Positions 1 to 9,325 of a stretch of DNA of 64,000 bases are shown here, piece after piece. The notes under the pieces were generated by a model that had not been told where the DNA came from, did no database searches, and saw nothing but the letters and a program-made list of their open reading frames with translations. The stretch is from Candidatus Omnitrophota bacterium (GTDB lineage: Bacteria; Omnitrophota; Gorgyraeia; JABMRG01). The position numbers and the translations under genes were made by a program. The first letter of the stretch is position 1. Each line of letters opens with the position of its first letter. The DNA is taken from assembly GCA_028716165.1 (NCBI GenBank), contig JAQUQI010000001.1:126538-190537 (forward strand). The letters are read 5' to 3'.

Positions 1-317
1 CATAAACCTAAGTCTCCAAACCAGCCGTCGTAAAACCTTTTAAGATGCTCGTATTCCTCTTTTGACATGACATTTTTCTTGATCTCTTTTTCTTTGAATG
101 AATACCGGTAATTGGAGCAATAGCTTCCAATAATGTCCTTAGCGTGATTTATCTTTTTAAACATTTCTTCGCAATATTTCTTTTCTTTATCCTTGCATCT
201 ATCCGGATGAAATTTAAGGGCTAGATTTCTGAAGGAATCTTTAATCTCTTCTATACTCGCCTCTTCGTCTAATCCTAAAATTTTTCTTGCCTCATCAACC
301 TGTTTAAAATTAATCAT
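1..317 (-). CDS. J-domain (DnaJ-like) protein, partial; C-terminus lies beyond the window start
   Basis: The reverse-strand translation starts at ATG 315-317 and reads MINFKQVDEARKILGLDEEASIEEIKDSFRNLALKFHPDRCKDK... with the HPD tripeptide of a J-domain. The ORF stays open to coordinate 1, so it is missing from the >=60 aa track only because it is partial. Confidence 0.6.
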   Translation of the reverse strand, partial: MINFKQVDEARKILGLDEEASIEEIKDSFRNLALKFHPDRCKDKEKKYCEEMFKKINHAKDIIGSYCSNYRYSFKEKEIKKNVMSKEEYEHLKRFYDGWFGDLGL

Positions 318-318
318 A

Positions 319-767
319 TTATGACCTTATTTTTATTTCCGGATAAATGCTAATTTTGCATGTAACAAGGCTTGTTATAGCACAATTTTTCCCGGCAAGA
401 TTTGTAAGCTCTTTGGTTTTTCCGATTTGGCCGCGCGTAAAAACAACTATTCTGGGCTGAATCTTAATTTCGATAAAAATAGGTTTATCTCCGGCTTTTC
501 CAATGATCCCCTGCCCTTCGCTGTCATAGCTTACAATTTTGATACTATTACGCTTTGCCGAATCCAAAAAAGCGTGTTAATGAACCCCTCAACCGAATCC
601 ACAAATAATTCTTCGGGTGTGACCATATCATCGTGTGTTTTTGCACCCAAAGAAGCGGCTATTTTAATAGTTTTATGCCCTATTGAGCACAAAAATACCT
701 TTTCTTTTTCATCCCATGTCACAACCGATTTATGGATAGAATCTTTAGTACCCTTTGCTATGCCCAT
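319..767 (-). CDS. hypothetical protein(s); two overlapping same-strand ORFs (531..767 and 319..567) that may be one frameshifted gene
   Basis: Track ORFs of 78 aa and 82 aa overlap by 37 nt in different frames on the same strand. I recognise no family confidently. Codon usage looks protein-like. Confidence 0.3.
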
Positions 768-788
768 CTGCCACCCCTGCGCATTATA

Positions 789-1106
789 TTATATAAAAGG
801 CTTAAACGCGGCTTCCAGTTCTGTCTTTGGGACCGCGCCGACAAACTTATTCACTACTTTCCCATTCTTAAAAATCGCCAACGTCGGTATGCTCATAACT
901 TCATAGCTGGCGACTGTCTTAGGCGCTTGATCCACATCTAATATACAAACCTTTAATTTTCCTTTATACTCTTTAGCAATTTGTTCAATCACGGGAGCCA
1001 TTCTAAGGCAAGGCCCGCACCACACTGCCCAGAAATCCACCAAAACAGGCAAACCTTCTTCCAATACCTCTTTTTTAAAATTGCTATCGTCTATATTAAT
1101 CCCCAT
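789..1106 (-). CDS. trxA: thioredoxin
   Basis: The 105-aa protein carries the WCGPC active site (VDFWAVWCGPCLRMAP), is the right length, and has a GGAGG ribosome-binding site upstream. Confidence 0.9.
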   Translation of the reverse strand: MGINIDDSNFKKEVLEEGLPVLVDFWAVWCGPCLRMAPVIEQIAKEYKGKLKVCILDVDQAPKTVASYEVMSIPTLAIFKNGKVVNKFVGAVPKTELEAAFKPFI

Positions 1107-1443
1107 TTTTTACCTCCTTCCCTCTACTTCCTAATTCTATCGACTCCACGAAAAATTCCTTATCCATTTGGATATTAACATCTGCACTGTCACAAAAAGG
1201 ACAACCGAATACCCTCTTGGTAATTCGGGTGGCACGCTTACAGTTTTTGCATTCTTATAGAATCTCAAGAGAAAAAACTTCAAGCCGTACATTTTTAAAC
1301 TTTTCTCCCTTAATCAACTCCTTAAAAGAGCCCTGGGGGCTTTCGGCAGTAACATGGCTAAAAGGGCTTAAGCGGGCATTAACTATAACCTGTCGCCCGG
1401 CCCTTTTTTACCCAACTTCTCCTTTAAAACTGTAAATATCTCA

Positions 1444-2106
1444 TTAATGAATCTTGTTTCGTGCGTAAAGATCCTTATAAGTCATCTGTTTTTTAACAAA
1501 TAAAAGCGGAAAAACTATATCACTTACGCAGCAGAAAATCCACACTGCCAAAAAGATGAATATAAAAATAGCCGCGTAAGTAAACCAGCCCGAAATTTCA
1601 ACTTTTGCCATAATCATATGAAACAAAGAGGCCCAGGTACTTAATAGAACATGCCCGGCATGAGGAAATTTTGTCCGCGGCCTAACCCAAGCAATAATAA
1701 TACCTAAAAAAGCTAACGGGTTAACTAACCACCATTTTTCGATGAAACCGAGATGCACCCCTCTATTAGGCATGCCGAGCATAGTTTCAGCTGCGTAAGG
1801 GATTAAGGAATCACTCACAGTCGCGATACCCACAGAACCAACATAGCCGATTATGATTAAAGCCCAAAAATTACACTTTCCTTTTATACAATTGACGCCT
1901 ACGCTGGGGCAGGTATGAAGTTTATACATTGCCGCGGTAACCAGCGCGCTTAAAAATACATGTAAAGGATGCAATACATAGAAAATATTGTATGAAATCT
2001 CATAGGGCAATCTCAACGTAAACACCATAATAAAGATTCCGGTAAGTGTGCCGAATATCGTAAAAGGCGCGTGTGCTTTTAATTCTTTAAGAATTTGCCC
2101 TACCAT
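1444..2106 (-). CDS. His-rich polytopic membrane protein of unknown function (paralog of 24539..25174)
   Basis: It is a 220-aa hydrophobic protein with the conserved motifs HPLH, GFIEKWWL.NPLA and KFPHAGHVL.STWASLFHM. A second copy in the window shares about 55% identity. Confidence 0.55.
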   Translation of the reverse strand: MVGQILKELKAHAPFTIFGTLTGIFIMVFTLRLPYEISYNIFYVLHPLHVFLSALVTAAMYKLHTCPSVGVNCIKGKCNFWALIIIGYVGSVGIATVSDSLIPYAAETMLGMPNRGVHLGFIEKWWLVNPLAFLGIIIAWVRPRTKFPHAGHVLLSTWASLFHMIMAKVEISGWFTYAAIFIFIFLAVWIFCCVSDIVFPLLFVKKQMTYKDLYARNKIH

Positions 2107-2110
2107 ATTA

Positions 2111-2824
2111 TCAAACCTCTATCTCTTGGCCTATTTCAATCGGAATAAAATTATCCCCGTAAAATCTCTTAAAAATTTCTTCTGCCATATCTCCGGAACA
2201 ATGGGTAGGCCCGGCTTTTATTATGTTCATCTTTCTAAAATTCTCCGCCACTATCTCTATTGCCCGTTTATCCGAATCCATTAGATGGAATCCGCCTAAA
2301 GCAAGGTAAATTAACTCACCTGGGAATTTCGTCTTTGCCTTTTCTGCCATCTTCAATATTCCCGGATGAGCGCATCCGGTAATAATTGTCAGGCCGTTTT
2401 TTGTTCTCAAGGCAATAGCTTGCTCTGCCATATATTTGCCTTTATACGCCCCTGGTATTTCTCCTGTGGTATAAATACCGCCTGCAATCTCGGTAACTTT
2501 TTCGGTTTCTATCAATTCTCCACCGCATTTCTTAACTCTCTCCTTAAACTCCTTGCCAAATCTTGGGCAGGCATAAACCTTAAGTCCCGCCCTCTGTGTC
2601 AACAAATCCCAAAGACCGCCCCAATGATCCCAATGGTCATGAGAAATCACTACCGTATCAATTTTGTTAATATCAACGCCTAAAAAACACATATTATCAA
2701 GCAGCCATTCTCCTTTTTCTCCGGTATCAAATAATATTTTTCCATCTACGAGAAAAGAAATACCCCAGCCAGTTTTAAGTTTCTTATCCGAAGCGGCCTT
2801 ATCAAAAATAACCTTTATTTTCAT
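2111..2824 (-). CDS. MBL-fold metallo-hydrolase
   Basis: It has the HxHxDH motif (ISHDHWDHWGG) and later His/Asp ligands (GCAHPG, GGFH). Length is 237 aa. Confidence 0.8.
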   Translation of the reverse strand: MKIKVIFDKAASDKKLKTGWGISFLVDGKILFDTGEKGEWLLDNMCFLGVDINKIDTVVISHDHWDHWGGLWDLLTQRAGLKVYACPRFGKEFKERVKKCGGELIETEKVTEIAGGIYTTGEIPGAYKGKYMAEQAIALRTKNGLTIITGCAHPGILKMAEKAKTKFPGELIYLALGGFHLMDSDKRAIEIVAENFRKMNIIKAGPTHCSGDMAEEIFKRFYGDNFIPIEIGQEIEV

Positions 2825-2874
2825 TTGCCTGTTCTACCTTTCCAGATACCTTTTCAAATCAGCTACCGACACTC

Positions 2875-3126
2875 TTAAAAAATATCCATAACATCCATAA
2901 TGCGTATTTTATCCGGCCTAACATTCAGCGTAAAACCGCCGCCGCGTCCTTGAAAAGATTTCAATATTTTATGCCTGCTCAAGGCCTGTAAAATCCTTCT
3001 CGAAAAAGCTCTGCGCATATTCAATTTTTTTACCAATTCATCTACCGTAATTACTTTTTCCGAATACTTAGTAAAATAATGCAACGATTTAACCGCACAA
3101 TGGATATCCTTAGTAACTAATTTCAT
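2875..3126 (-). CDS. Rrf2-family transcriptional regulator, short form (83 aa)
   Basis: The Rrf2 winged-helix N-terminus and the GRGGGF motif are present. The protein stops before the region where IscR-type cluster-ligand cysteines normally sit. Confidence 0.65.
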   Translation of the reverse strand: MKLVTKDIHCAVKSLHYFTKYSEKVITVDELVKKLNMRRAFSRRILQALSRHKILKSFQGRGGGFTLNVRPDKIRIMDVMDIF

Positions 3127-3371
3127 CTCTTACAAACCCCGTCTCCCGAACAAGGCGGAGTATCGCACCGCTCTGCCCTGCCACAACATGTCTTGCCTCC
3201 CTGCAAACCAATAATACGATCGCCCGTGGCCACAAAACTTTGGGAAAGCAATTTGTCTAATTTCTTGTTGCCGCAAAAGCTACATTTGATTTCGGCTTTC
3301 TCTTTAGTAACGCCGATTAAAAACTCACTTACCTTCCCGCAATCCCTGCACTTATACTCATAAATTGGCAT
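3123..3371 (-). CDS. FmdB-family zinc-ribbon putative regulatory protein
   Basis: The sequence starts MPIYEYKCRDCGK... and ends ...CCGRAERCDTPPC, the typical CxxC...CxxC FmdB signature. Confidence 0.8.
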   Translation of the reverse strand: MPIYEYKCRDCGKVSEFLIGVTKEKAEIKCSFCGNKKLDKLLSQSFVATGDRIIGLQGGKTCCGRAERCDTPPCSGDGVCKR

Positions 3372-3861
3372 GTTTATCCTTTACTTTTGATAACATCGGC
3401 TTAAGCAATGTAAATTTCTCCAATAAACCCATATAATCGATAATCAACTTTCCTCTTAGATGGTCTACTTCATGCTGTAATACTCGCGCCAAAAGCCCCT
3501 GCGCCTTTAATTCAACGGCTTCCCCCTTCTCGTTCAATCCGCTTACAACAATCTGATCCGGCCTCTCTATGACGACGCCGACACCGGGCATACTTAAACA
3601 ACCTTCTTCCATTTTATCCGAGCCTTTTGCGTCTAAGATCAAGGGATTAGCCAATTTGATCACGCATCCTTCAATATCTGCGACTATTAAATTTTTGGAA
3701 ATTCCAATCTGCGGAGCAGCTAAGCCGATACCGGCAAAGTGACGCATCGTAAAGAGCATCACTTCAAAGAGCCTTACTTCTTTGCTGGTAATCTCTTTTA
3801 CTTCAAGCGACTTTTTCCGTAATACTTTTTCAGGATATTTTTTTATTTCTAATGGTTCCAT
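3358..3861 (-). CDS. def: peptide deformylase
   Basis: All three motifs are present: GIGLAAPQIG, EGCLSMPG and QHEVDHLRG. Confidence 0.9.
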   Translation of the reverse strand: MEPLEIKKYPEKVLRKKSLEVKEITSKEVRLFEVMLFTMRHFAGIGLAAPQIGISKNLIVADIEGCVIKLANPLILDAKGSDKMEEGCLSMPGVGVVIERPDQIVVSGLNEKGEAVELKAQGLLARVLQHEVDHLRGKLIIDYMGLLEKFTLLKPMLSKVKDKHANL

Positions 3862-4745
3862 TTTTTATTTTTAAGGTTGTAAAACAATACTATGGTACCC
3901 ATTTTGCAGCCGGTCTCTTTGGCGACTACCGGGCATTTCACCATGAATAAAAAGAAAATAGGCCTTTTTTCGTTCGATAATGACTCGAAGTTCCCCTGGC
4001 CTTTACTAATAATCATATCCGCGCGCTTATATATCTGCTTAAATTGCTTGGAACACAGCCTAAGAAGCGTTCCCGGAGCGTCCGTGCCATTAGAAATTAT
4101 TCTGGCCGTTTTATCAATCCCGCAAACCTTGGCATCTTCAAATAACGCATCATTTATAACAGGCTTTTCTTTAACGGCGTAATAGATGTTCTTATCCGGA
4201 TATTCCTTTTTTATCTCTTCTATCAAAATCCGGTCAAATACTACCTCCCCTGCGTTATCGGCCAGGTATAAAATATCCCTTGCATTTCTAACTGCCCGCC
4301 TGAATTCTTTATAATGAAAAACCGATTGTTTACGTATAACTTTATTTTCCTCAGCGAGTATTTTCTTCAATTCCTCTCTTACGTTTAAATTATTCTTCGC
4401 GCCAAAATCTATAATGTTACCGGCAATAGCTAATTCTGCGGCCTCAAGAAGCCTGTCCCCGGCACGGTCAACTTTTGTCTTCAATTTTCCTAATAACCTT
4501 AACGCGCAACGGTTGCTTTTCTGCTTTATAGCCTGATACGGATCTCTATTAAAACCTACATCGCTTAAAAGCCTATAACCAATCCGGGCTATCTCCGGGG
4601 GACTTGCATTAAGGGATATCTTGGGTATCTCGCAGGCAAACGCATCAATAATCTTTTTTTGCTGTTTTGGACTTATTCGCACGATCCGGCAGCCCTCAAG
4701 CGCCTGCTTAAAAAAACAAGGAATACAATCTATGTATGTTTTCAT
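3849..4745 (-). CDS. DUF89-family protein (ARMT1-like damage-control phosphatase family), tentative
   Basis: It is 298 aa with an N-terminal CxxC (CIPCFFK) and an ISKGQGNFE-type motif. The overall pattern recalls DUF89. The family assignment is from memory, not a search. Confidence 0.45.
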   Translation of the reverse strand: MKTYIDCIPCFFKQALEGCRIVRISPKQQKKIIDAFACEIPKISLNASPPEIARIGYRLLSDVGFNRDPYQAIKQKSNRCALRLLGKLKTKVDRAGDRLLEAAELAIAGNIIDFGAKNNLNVREELKKILAEENKVIRKQSVFHYKEFRRAVRNARDILYLADNAGEVVFDRILIEEIKKEYPDKNIYYAVKEKPVINDALFEDAKVCGIDKTARIISNGTDAPGTLLRLCSKQFKQIYKRADMIISKGQGNFESLSNEKRPIFFLFMVKCPVVAKETGCKMGTIVLFYNLKNKKWNH

Positions 4746-4754
4746 AACTTTATC

Positions 4755-5546
4755 TTATTTAACCTTACCCCTTCTTTTTAACGTATCCTCATCGCTTAAG
4801 GAAACTATGTCTTTGCCATCTCTTTCATCAAACACCGAGACTACCTGTATTCCAGCGCAAGCGTCAAGAAAGTTATTTTTTATTTTAAAAATATCTTCTT
4901 TGGATAATGCCCTGACACTGCATTGCCTTAACGGAGTATTGACCTGAACCTCATCCGGTTTGATATAATTCGCCAGATATATTAGTTTATTAACGTCATT
5001 TCTATTGTTGTCTATCAACATCATCTGCAAAGCCAATTTCCCTTTATAACTTTTCCTAAAAACCTTTATTCCTTCTACGATATTTCCAAACTCTACTCCC
5101 TTAACAGGCCTGTTGATACTCTGTAAAGATTCGGGGGAATGGGCATCTAACTTGGCAACAACAAAATCCGCCGAAATAATCTCTTTTCTTACCTCATCCA
5201 TCCCCATCAAAGAACCATTAGTCAAAACCGCAACCGGCTCTTTGCGGATTAACTTTACCGCCTTAATCCCCTCGCCTAAATTGGCCGCCAGGGTAGGCTC
5301 TCCCCTTCCGGAAAAAGTAATATAATCAATATTGGTTTCCGGCAATTTTTGGAGTTCTTCAATAACCGCCTTAACAGGCACATAAACCTTCCGCTCACTT
5401 GCATATTCTTTAACCTGCCCTATTTGGCAATAAAGACAATCAAAATTGCAGATCTTCTCTGCTTGCGAAAGCAAATCTATGCCCAAGGAACTACCCAGCC
5501 GCCAAGACGGAACAGGGCCGTAGATATATTGAAATCCTTTTTTCAT
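4755..5546 (-). CDS. radical SAM protein (COG0731-like; GPVPSWRLG N-terminus)
   Basis: It has the CNFDCLYC CxxxCxxC cluster motif and a glycine-rich SAM region (FSGRGEPTL). Confidence 0.8.
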   Translation of the reverse strand: MKKGFQYIYGPVPSWRLGSSLGIDLLSQAEKICNFDCLYCQIGQVKEYASERKVYVPVKAVIEELQKLPETNIDYITFSGRGEPTLAANLGEGIKAVKLIRKEPVAVLTNGSLMGMDEVRKEIISADFVVAKLDAHSPESLQSINRPVKGVEFGNIVEGIKVFRKSYKGKLALQMMLIDNNRNDVNKLIYLANYIKPDEVQVNTPLRQCSVRALSKEDIFKIKNNFLDACAGIQVVSVFDERDGKDIVSLSDEDTLKRRGKVK

Positions 5547-6382
5547 TTCGTATCTCCGACGAATTCTTTTATTTTTGCCACAATCTTTACGAAAGACTCG
5601 GCTGACTTCGTTTTGTGCCCAAATGAAACAAATGGCGTACCCTTATCGCCAAATTCAACAAATTCCGGTTCAAACGGAACCCTGCCCAAAAACGGCACCT
5701 TCAACTCCTGCGCCGCCTTTTCGCCGCCGCCTTTCTTAAAAATATCTACTTCTCCGTGGCAGTGAGGGCAAACAAACCCGCTCATGTTCTCAATAATACC
5801 TACAACCGGAATCTTTATCTCCTTGGCGAATGATACGCTCTTTCTCGCGTCAAGTATGGCAACATCCTGTGGTGTAGTCACTATAATGATCCCGGTCACA
5901 TTGGGAATTAATTGACAGGCGCTTAACGGTTCATCGCCTGTTCCCGGGGGCGAATCGATAACAAGGTAATCCAGGTCACCCCAATTAACATCAGCTAAAA
6001 ATTGCCTTATAACCGCTGTTTTCAACGGCCCCCGCCAGATAATCGGCTGATCGGAATTGTATCCGGTAAGCGCGACACTCACTGCCTTTAAATTATCCGA
6101 AACCCCCACCGGCTGGATCCCGAATTCAAAATTATAAAGCGATTGTTTTTCTATTCCCAACATCTTAGCAATATTAGGACCGTGAAGATCAATATCTAAA
6201 ATACCCACCAAATTGCCCGAAAGTGACAATGCATACGCAAGATTTACCGCTACCGTCGATTTACCTACTCCGCCTTTACCACTCATAACAATAAGAGGGT
6301 GTTTTACCTTCGCCATCTTTTCCTTAAGGCGCTTCTCCTGTTCTAAATATTCCGCTTCTTTGGTTTCCATATTTCTCTCCAT
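5543..6382 (-). CDS. apbC: Mrp/NBP35-family Fe-S cluster carrier ATPase (ApbC)
   Basis: It has the deviant Walker A GKGGVGKST and the CPHC motif, and is the typical length. Confidence 0.9.
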   Translation of the reverse strand: MERNMETKEAEYLEQEKRLKEKMAKVKHPLIVMSGKGGVGKSTVAVNLAYALSLSGNLVGILDIDLHGPNIAKMLGIEKQSLYNFEFGIQPVGVSDNLKAVSVALTGYNSDQPIIWRGPLKTAVIRQFLADVNWGDLDYLVIDSPPGTGDEPLSACQLIPNVTGIIIVTTPQDVAILDARKSVSFAKEIKIPVVGIIENMSGFVCPHCHGEVDIFKKGGGEKAAQELKVPFLGRVPFEPEFVEFGDKGTPFVSFGHKTKSAESFVKIVAKIKEFVGDTK

Positions 6383-6386
6383 TTTG

Positions 6387-7103
6387 CTATCGCTTATTAA
6401 CTAAAACGTAATCTCGTTCTTTACGATAATCCCGCGGCTTATTTTGTATTTGTAAATTCTGAAGTTGTCCAAGCTCCTTTAGCCTGTTATGGATCAGCAC
6501 CCATGCGCAATCCCGCTCAGGGTCAACTTCACATTTACCCTTATTAACGCCTCCGCAAGGGCCGCTGCGAAGCCCCTTAGGGCAGCGTGTTACCGGACAA
6601 ATACCACCGGTAACACCGACAATGCACTCTCCGCACATAAGGCATTTCTTCTCAAAACGGTCTTCCTGCGGAGAAAGCCGGATTATCTCTCCTTGAAATA
6701 ACGTATCATTTGCCGGATAAACTGGTTTGCCTATAATCTCGGCTATCGCCTGGGTACCTCCACCGCAGGCAAGGCTAACAATGGAATCCGCTTCGGTTAT
6801 TTCTCTTTCTTTTCTCCGAAGCAATTTCTTTGACTCTAAAATATAACACGCCGGATTAAGGATATCCCATCCGGTTACTTCTTTGCCTTTAGCACTCAAT
6901 AATCCGGCCATTGCCTTTGTCTCAACCTCTCCTCCGGTTTTACAGGCAGTCGCGCAAAGAGCGCAACCAATCAAGAAAACAGCCGAGTCATTCTTGATGT
7001 AACTAACTATTTCATCTAATGGCTTCTGTTTTGTTATAATCATGCTTTCAATAAATAATCCGCTATTGCCCGATAAAGCGTGCTTACCGATAGAATAGTG
7101 CAA
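6387..7103 (-). CDS. Cys-rich protein with an MTHFR C-terminal-like (MetV-like) zinc-ribbon domain
   Basis: It carries CLMCGECIV...CPVTRCPKGLRSGPCGG, which resembles the CPK..NGPCGG signature of the methylene-THF reductase C-terminal/MetV family. The N-terminal half has more cysteines (GCALCATAC). The family call is tentative. Confidence 0.45.
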   Translation of the reverse strand: MHYSIGKHALSGNSGLFIESMIITKQKPLDEIVSYIKNDSAVFLIGCALCATACKTGGEVETKAMAGLLSAKGKEVTGWDILNPACYILESKKLLRRKEREITEADSIVSLACGGGTQAIAEIIGKPVYPANDTLFQGEIIRLSPQEDRFEKKCLMCGECIVGVTGGICPVTRCPKGLRSGPCGGVNKGKCEVDPERDCAWVLIHNRLKELGQLQNLQIQNKPRDYRKERDYVLVNKR

Positions 7104-7405
7104 TGCAGATGATCCTCCGGTAAACCTTTCAGTCGTTTAATCACTTCTCCCGCCGAAATAGATAAAGCATCCTTTACATTTTTGCCGTAAGCCAAATGTG
7201 CAACCATTGCGGCGCATGCCCGGGTAGCCCCGCATCCATCCGTATAATACCTGATGTCCGTGATTTTATTGTTTTCTATCACTAAATAAAACTCCATAAA
7301 ATCCCCGCAGGGACCTTTTAAATATGAAGAAGCCGCGGGATCGTTTATCCTGCCAAAAAACTTAGGGTCATTTAAAAGGCTTATAACCTCTTTAGGATAA
7401 CCCAC
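7040..7405 (-). CDS. NifU N-terminal/IscU-like Fe-S cluster scaffold protein
   Basis: GPCGD, DGCGATRAC and HCTIL form the three-Cys-plus-His pattern of IscU-type scaffolds. Length is 121 aa. Confidence 0.65.
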   Translation of the reverse strand: MGYPKEVISLLNDPKFFGRINDPAASSYLKGPCGDFMEFYLVIENNKITDIRYYTDGCGATRACAAMVAHLAYGKNVKDALSISAGEVIKRLKGLPEDHLHCTILSVSTLYRAIADYLLKA

Positions 7406-7461
7406 CGTTTCTTCCTTATTAACCGAATCTTTTATATAAACATCCTCCGGATACGATCTAT

Positions 7462-8502
7462 CTATACGGACGCGTATTCATTCTTATCTTCAAAAATAGG
7501 CTCTTTCCGGGCATTAACCGGTAATTTACACTCTCTGATAAATACCTTAAAATTCCCCAGATACACAGGCTGTCCGCTTGGTTCATTTGAAGCAAGATAT
7601 TGTTTTTTACTGTCTAAATCATCTATAATTTCCTTGTTACGAGAATACGCTGCAACAAAATCTAACCCCTTTTCGGTTAAAACAAATACCGGTATCTGCC
7701 GGGATAACTGCAATATCGCCAAAGAGCCGATTATCCGGCGCACATCAGAAGAAGCGCAGCTCCACACTAAATCAGCGTGGTCGCGTATGATATTAATCTT
7801 ATCTTTAGTTATCCCGGTCGTGCACACTGCTAAAGTAATTACGCTGACATCATATTCTTTTTCTATCGAACGAATCGCTTTTAAATTCTCCGCGGAATGA
7901 CCGCATACGCTAACCACTATGGTTTTATACCCGGCCCTTACCGCCTCCTGAACCCCGCGCGCCTGATCAATAAGCGCGTTTTCAAAGACTACCTGGCAGC
8001 CAAACGACTTAAGCTTCTTGATTATCCCTTTAACAGGAGAAGTCATCAATAGGCTATTCATCCGGGCGCCAATACCTTGAACAATCTTGGGCTTATCGGT
8101 AATCACCGTGCCTGCCCCGTCGCAGACTACAACCGCCGCGTCAATCACCTTTTTTCTCAATGAAAAACTGATCATTTCTGACGCGCCGTACGGTATCGCG
8201 ACATCATTAAATAAAATCTTTCTCTCATCAGTAAAGAACCCGTAATCTTTAATTTTTGACTCGATCGCCATCTTTATGACATTTTTGATGGCATCTTTAT
8301 CACTGTGACTCTTACCCCTGAAATCCTTATACAAATGTTCCGCTAAGGGACAATAAGTAAGCGTCGGATCAGTAATATTGATTACCTTTCCGTCAGAAAC
8401 ACTCACATACGATGAAAAATATTTTAGAACGTGAATATCCCGCCTATCCATAATATTCCTATATTTAAGATCGCAATTTTTCCCAAATACGGCAAATCTC
8501 AT
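7462..8502 (-). CDS. uncharacterized conserved protein (possibly DUF2099/'methanogenesis marker 8'-like)
   Basis: It is 346 aa, soluble, with CDGAGTVI and VCGHSAEN motifs. The family assignment is a low-confidence recollection. Confidence 0.35.
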   Translation of the reverse strand: MRFAVFGKNCDLKYRNIMDRRDIHVLKYFSSYVSVSDGKVINITDPTLTYCPLAEHLYKDFRGKSHSDKDAIKNVIKMAIESKIKDYGFFTDERKILFNDVAIPYGASEMISFSLRKKVIDAAVVVCDGAGTVITDKPKIVQGIGARMNSLLMTSPVKGIIKKLKSFGCQVVFENALIDQARGVQEAVRAGYKTIVVSVCGHSAENLKAIRSIEKEYDVSVITLAVCTTGITKDKINIIRDHADLVWSCASSDVRRIIGSLAILQLSRQIPVFVLTEKGLDFVAAYSRNKEIIDDLDSKKQYLASNEPSGQPVYLGNFKVFIRECKLPVNARKEPIFEDKNEYASV

Positions 8503-9316
8503 CCTTTACCGCCGAATCCTTATGTTCAATTATTGTCTTACCCTCTACCATAGATTCAACTACCGTTTTATCAAATTTTACCTTGCCGATTAGAGGAATG
8601 TTGTTAGCTTTACAATAGTTCTCTATTTTCTCTGACATCTCCGCGTTTAAATCATATTTATTAATTATCAACTGCGCTGGAACGTTAAAATGTTTCGTTA
8701 CCTCAATAACTCTAGCGGCGTCATGCAATCCGGATAACGTAGGCTCGGTTACCACAACCGCGCAGTCAATTCCTGAAAGCGAAGCGATAACCGGGCACCC
8801 TATGCCCGGAGCGCCGTCAATAATCACCCAGTCGCAATTATTCTTCTCTGCCAATTCTTTCGCCTGTTTCCTCACCAAAGACACTAATTTCCCTGAGTTC
8901 TCCTCTGCAATCCCAAGCTTAGCATGCACCATAGGACCGAAGCGTGTTTCTGAAATAAACCATTCTCCCGCGAGGTTTTCTTTCATCCTGATAGCCCCAA
9001 CCGGGCAAATATGGCTGCAAAAAGCGCATCCTTCGCAAGACACAGGGTCAATAACAAAACTGTCACTTATGGCATTAAAACGGCACACGGCAATACACTT
9101 GCCGCATTGCTGGCAGGTCTTTTTGTCTATCGCGGCGCTTAATCCGCTTCTAAAATCGTGCCGTTCTTTTATCTTGGGCTGTAATAACAAATGCAAATCC
9201 GCCGCGTCCACATCGCAATCAGCCATGACTTTATTTTTCGCCAAAGCGGCGAATGCCCCGGTAATCACGGTCTTGCCCGTTCCGCCCTTTCCACTGATAA
9301 CAACTATTTGTTTCAT
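8465..9316 (-). CDS. MinD/CooC-superfamily P-loop ATPase with an inserted 2x[4Fe-4S] ferredoxin domain
   Basis: It has the deviant Walker A SGKGGTGKT and two CxxCxxCxxxCP motifs (CQQCGKCIAVC, CEGCAFCSHICP) between the ATPase halves. It is a paralog of 12947..13807. Confidence 0.85.
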   Translation of the reverse strand: MKQIVVISGKGGTGKTVITGAFAALAKNKVMADCDVDAADLHLLLQPKIKERHDFRSGLSAAIDKKTCQQCGKCIAVCRFNAISDSFVIDPVSCEGCAFCSHICPVGAIRMKENLAGEWFISETRFGPMVHAKLGIAEENSGKLVSLVRKQAKELAEKNNCDWVIIDGAPGIGCPVIASLSGIDCAVVVTEPTLSGLHDAARVIEVTKHFNVPAQLIINKYDLNAEMSEKIENYCKANNIPLIGKVKFDKTVVESMVEGKTIIEHKDSAVKDEICRIWEKLRS

Positions 9317-9325
9317 AATATTCTC

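Noticed and set aside
427-906. Plus-strand ORFs of 60-230 aa scattered across the window (e.g. 427..906, 8802..9329, 11339..11773, 13053..13574, 36441..37145, 37191..37700, 45045..45764, 56591..57058)
   Set aside because: They lie antisense to well-supported minus-strand genes, have no recognisable motifs and have low-complexity, Ser/Pro/Leu-rich translations typical of shadow ORFs.
1130-1290. Minus-strand frame encoding a CxxC-x13-CxxC zinc-ribbon-like peptide between trxA and the membrane protein
   Set aside because: No ATG, GTG or TTG start exists upstream of the first Cys pair, and the frame runs through the trxA ribosome-binding site. It is likely a chance or decayed ORF.
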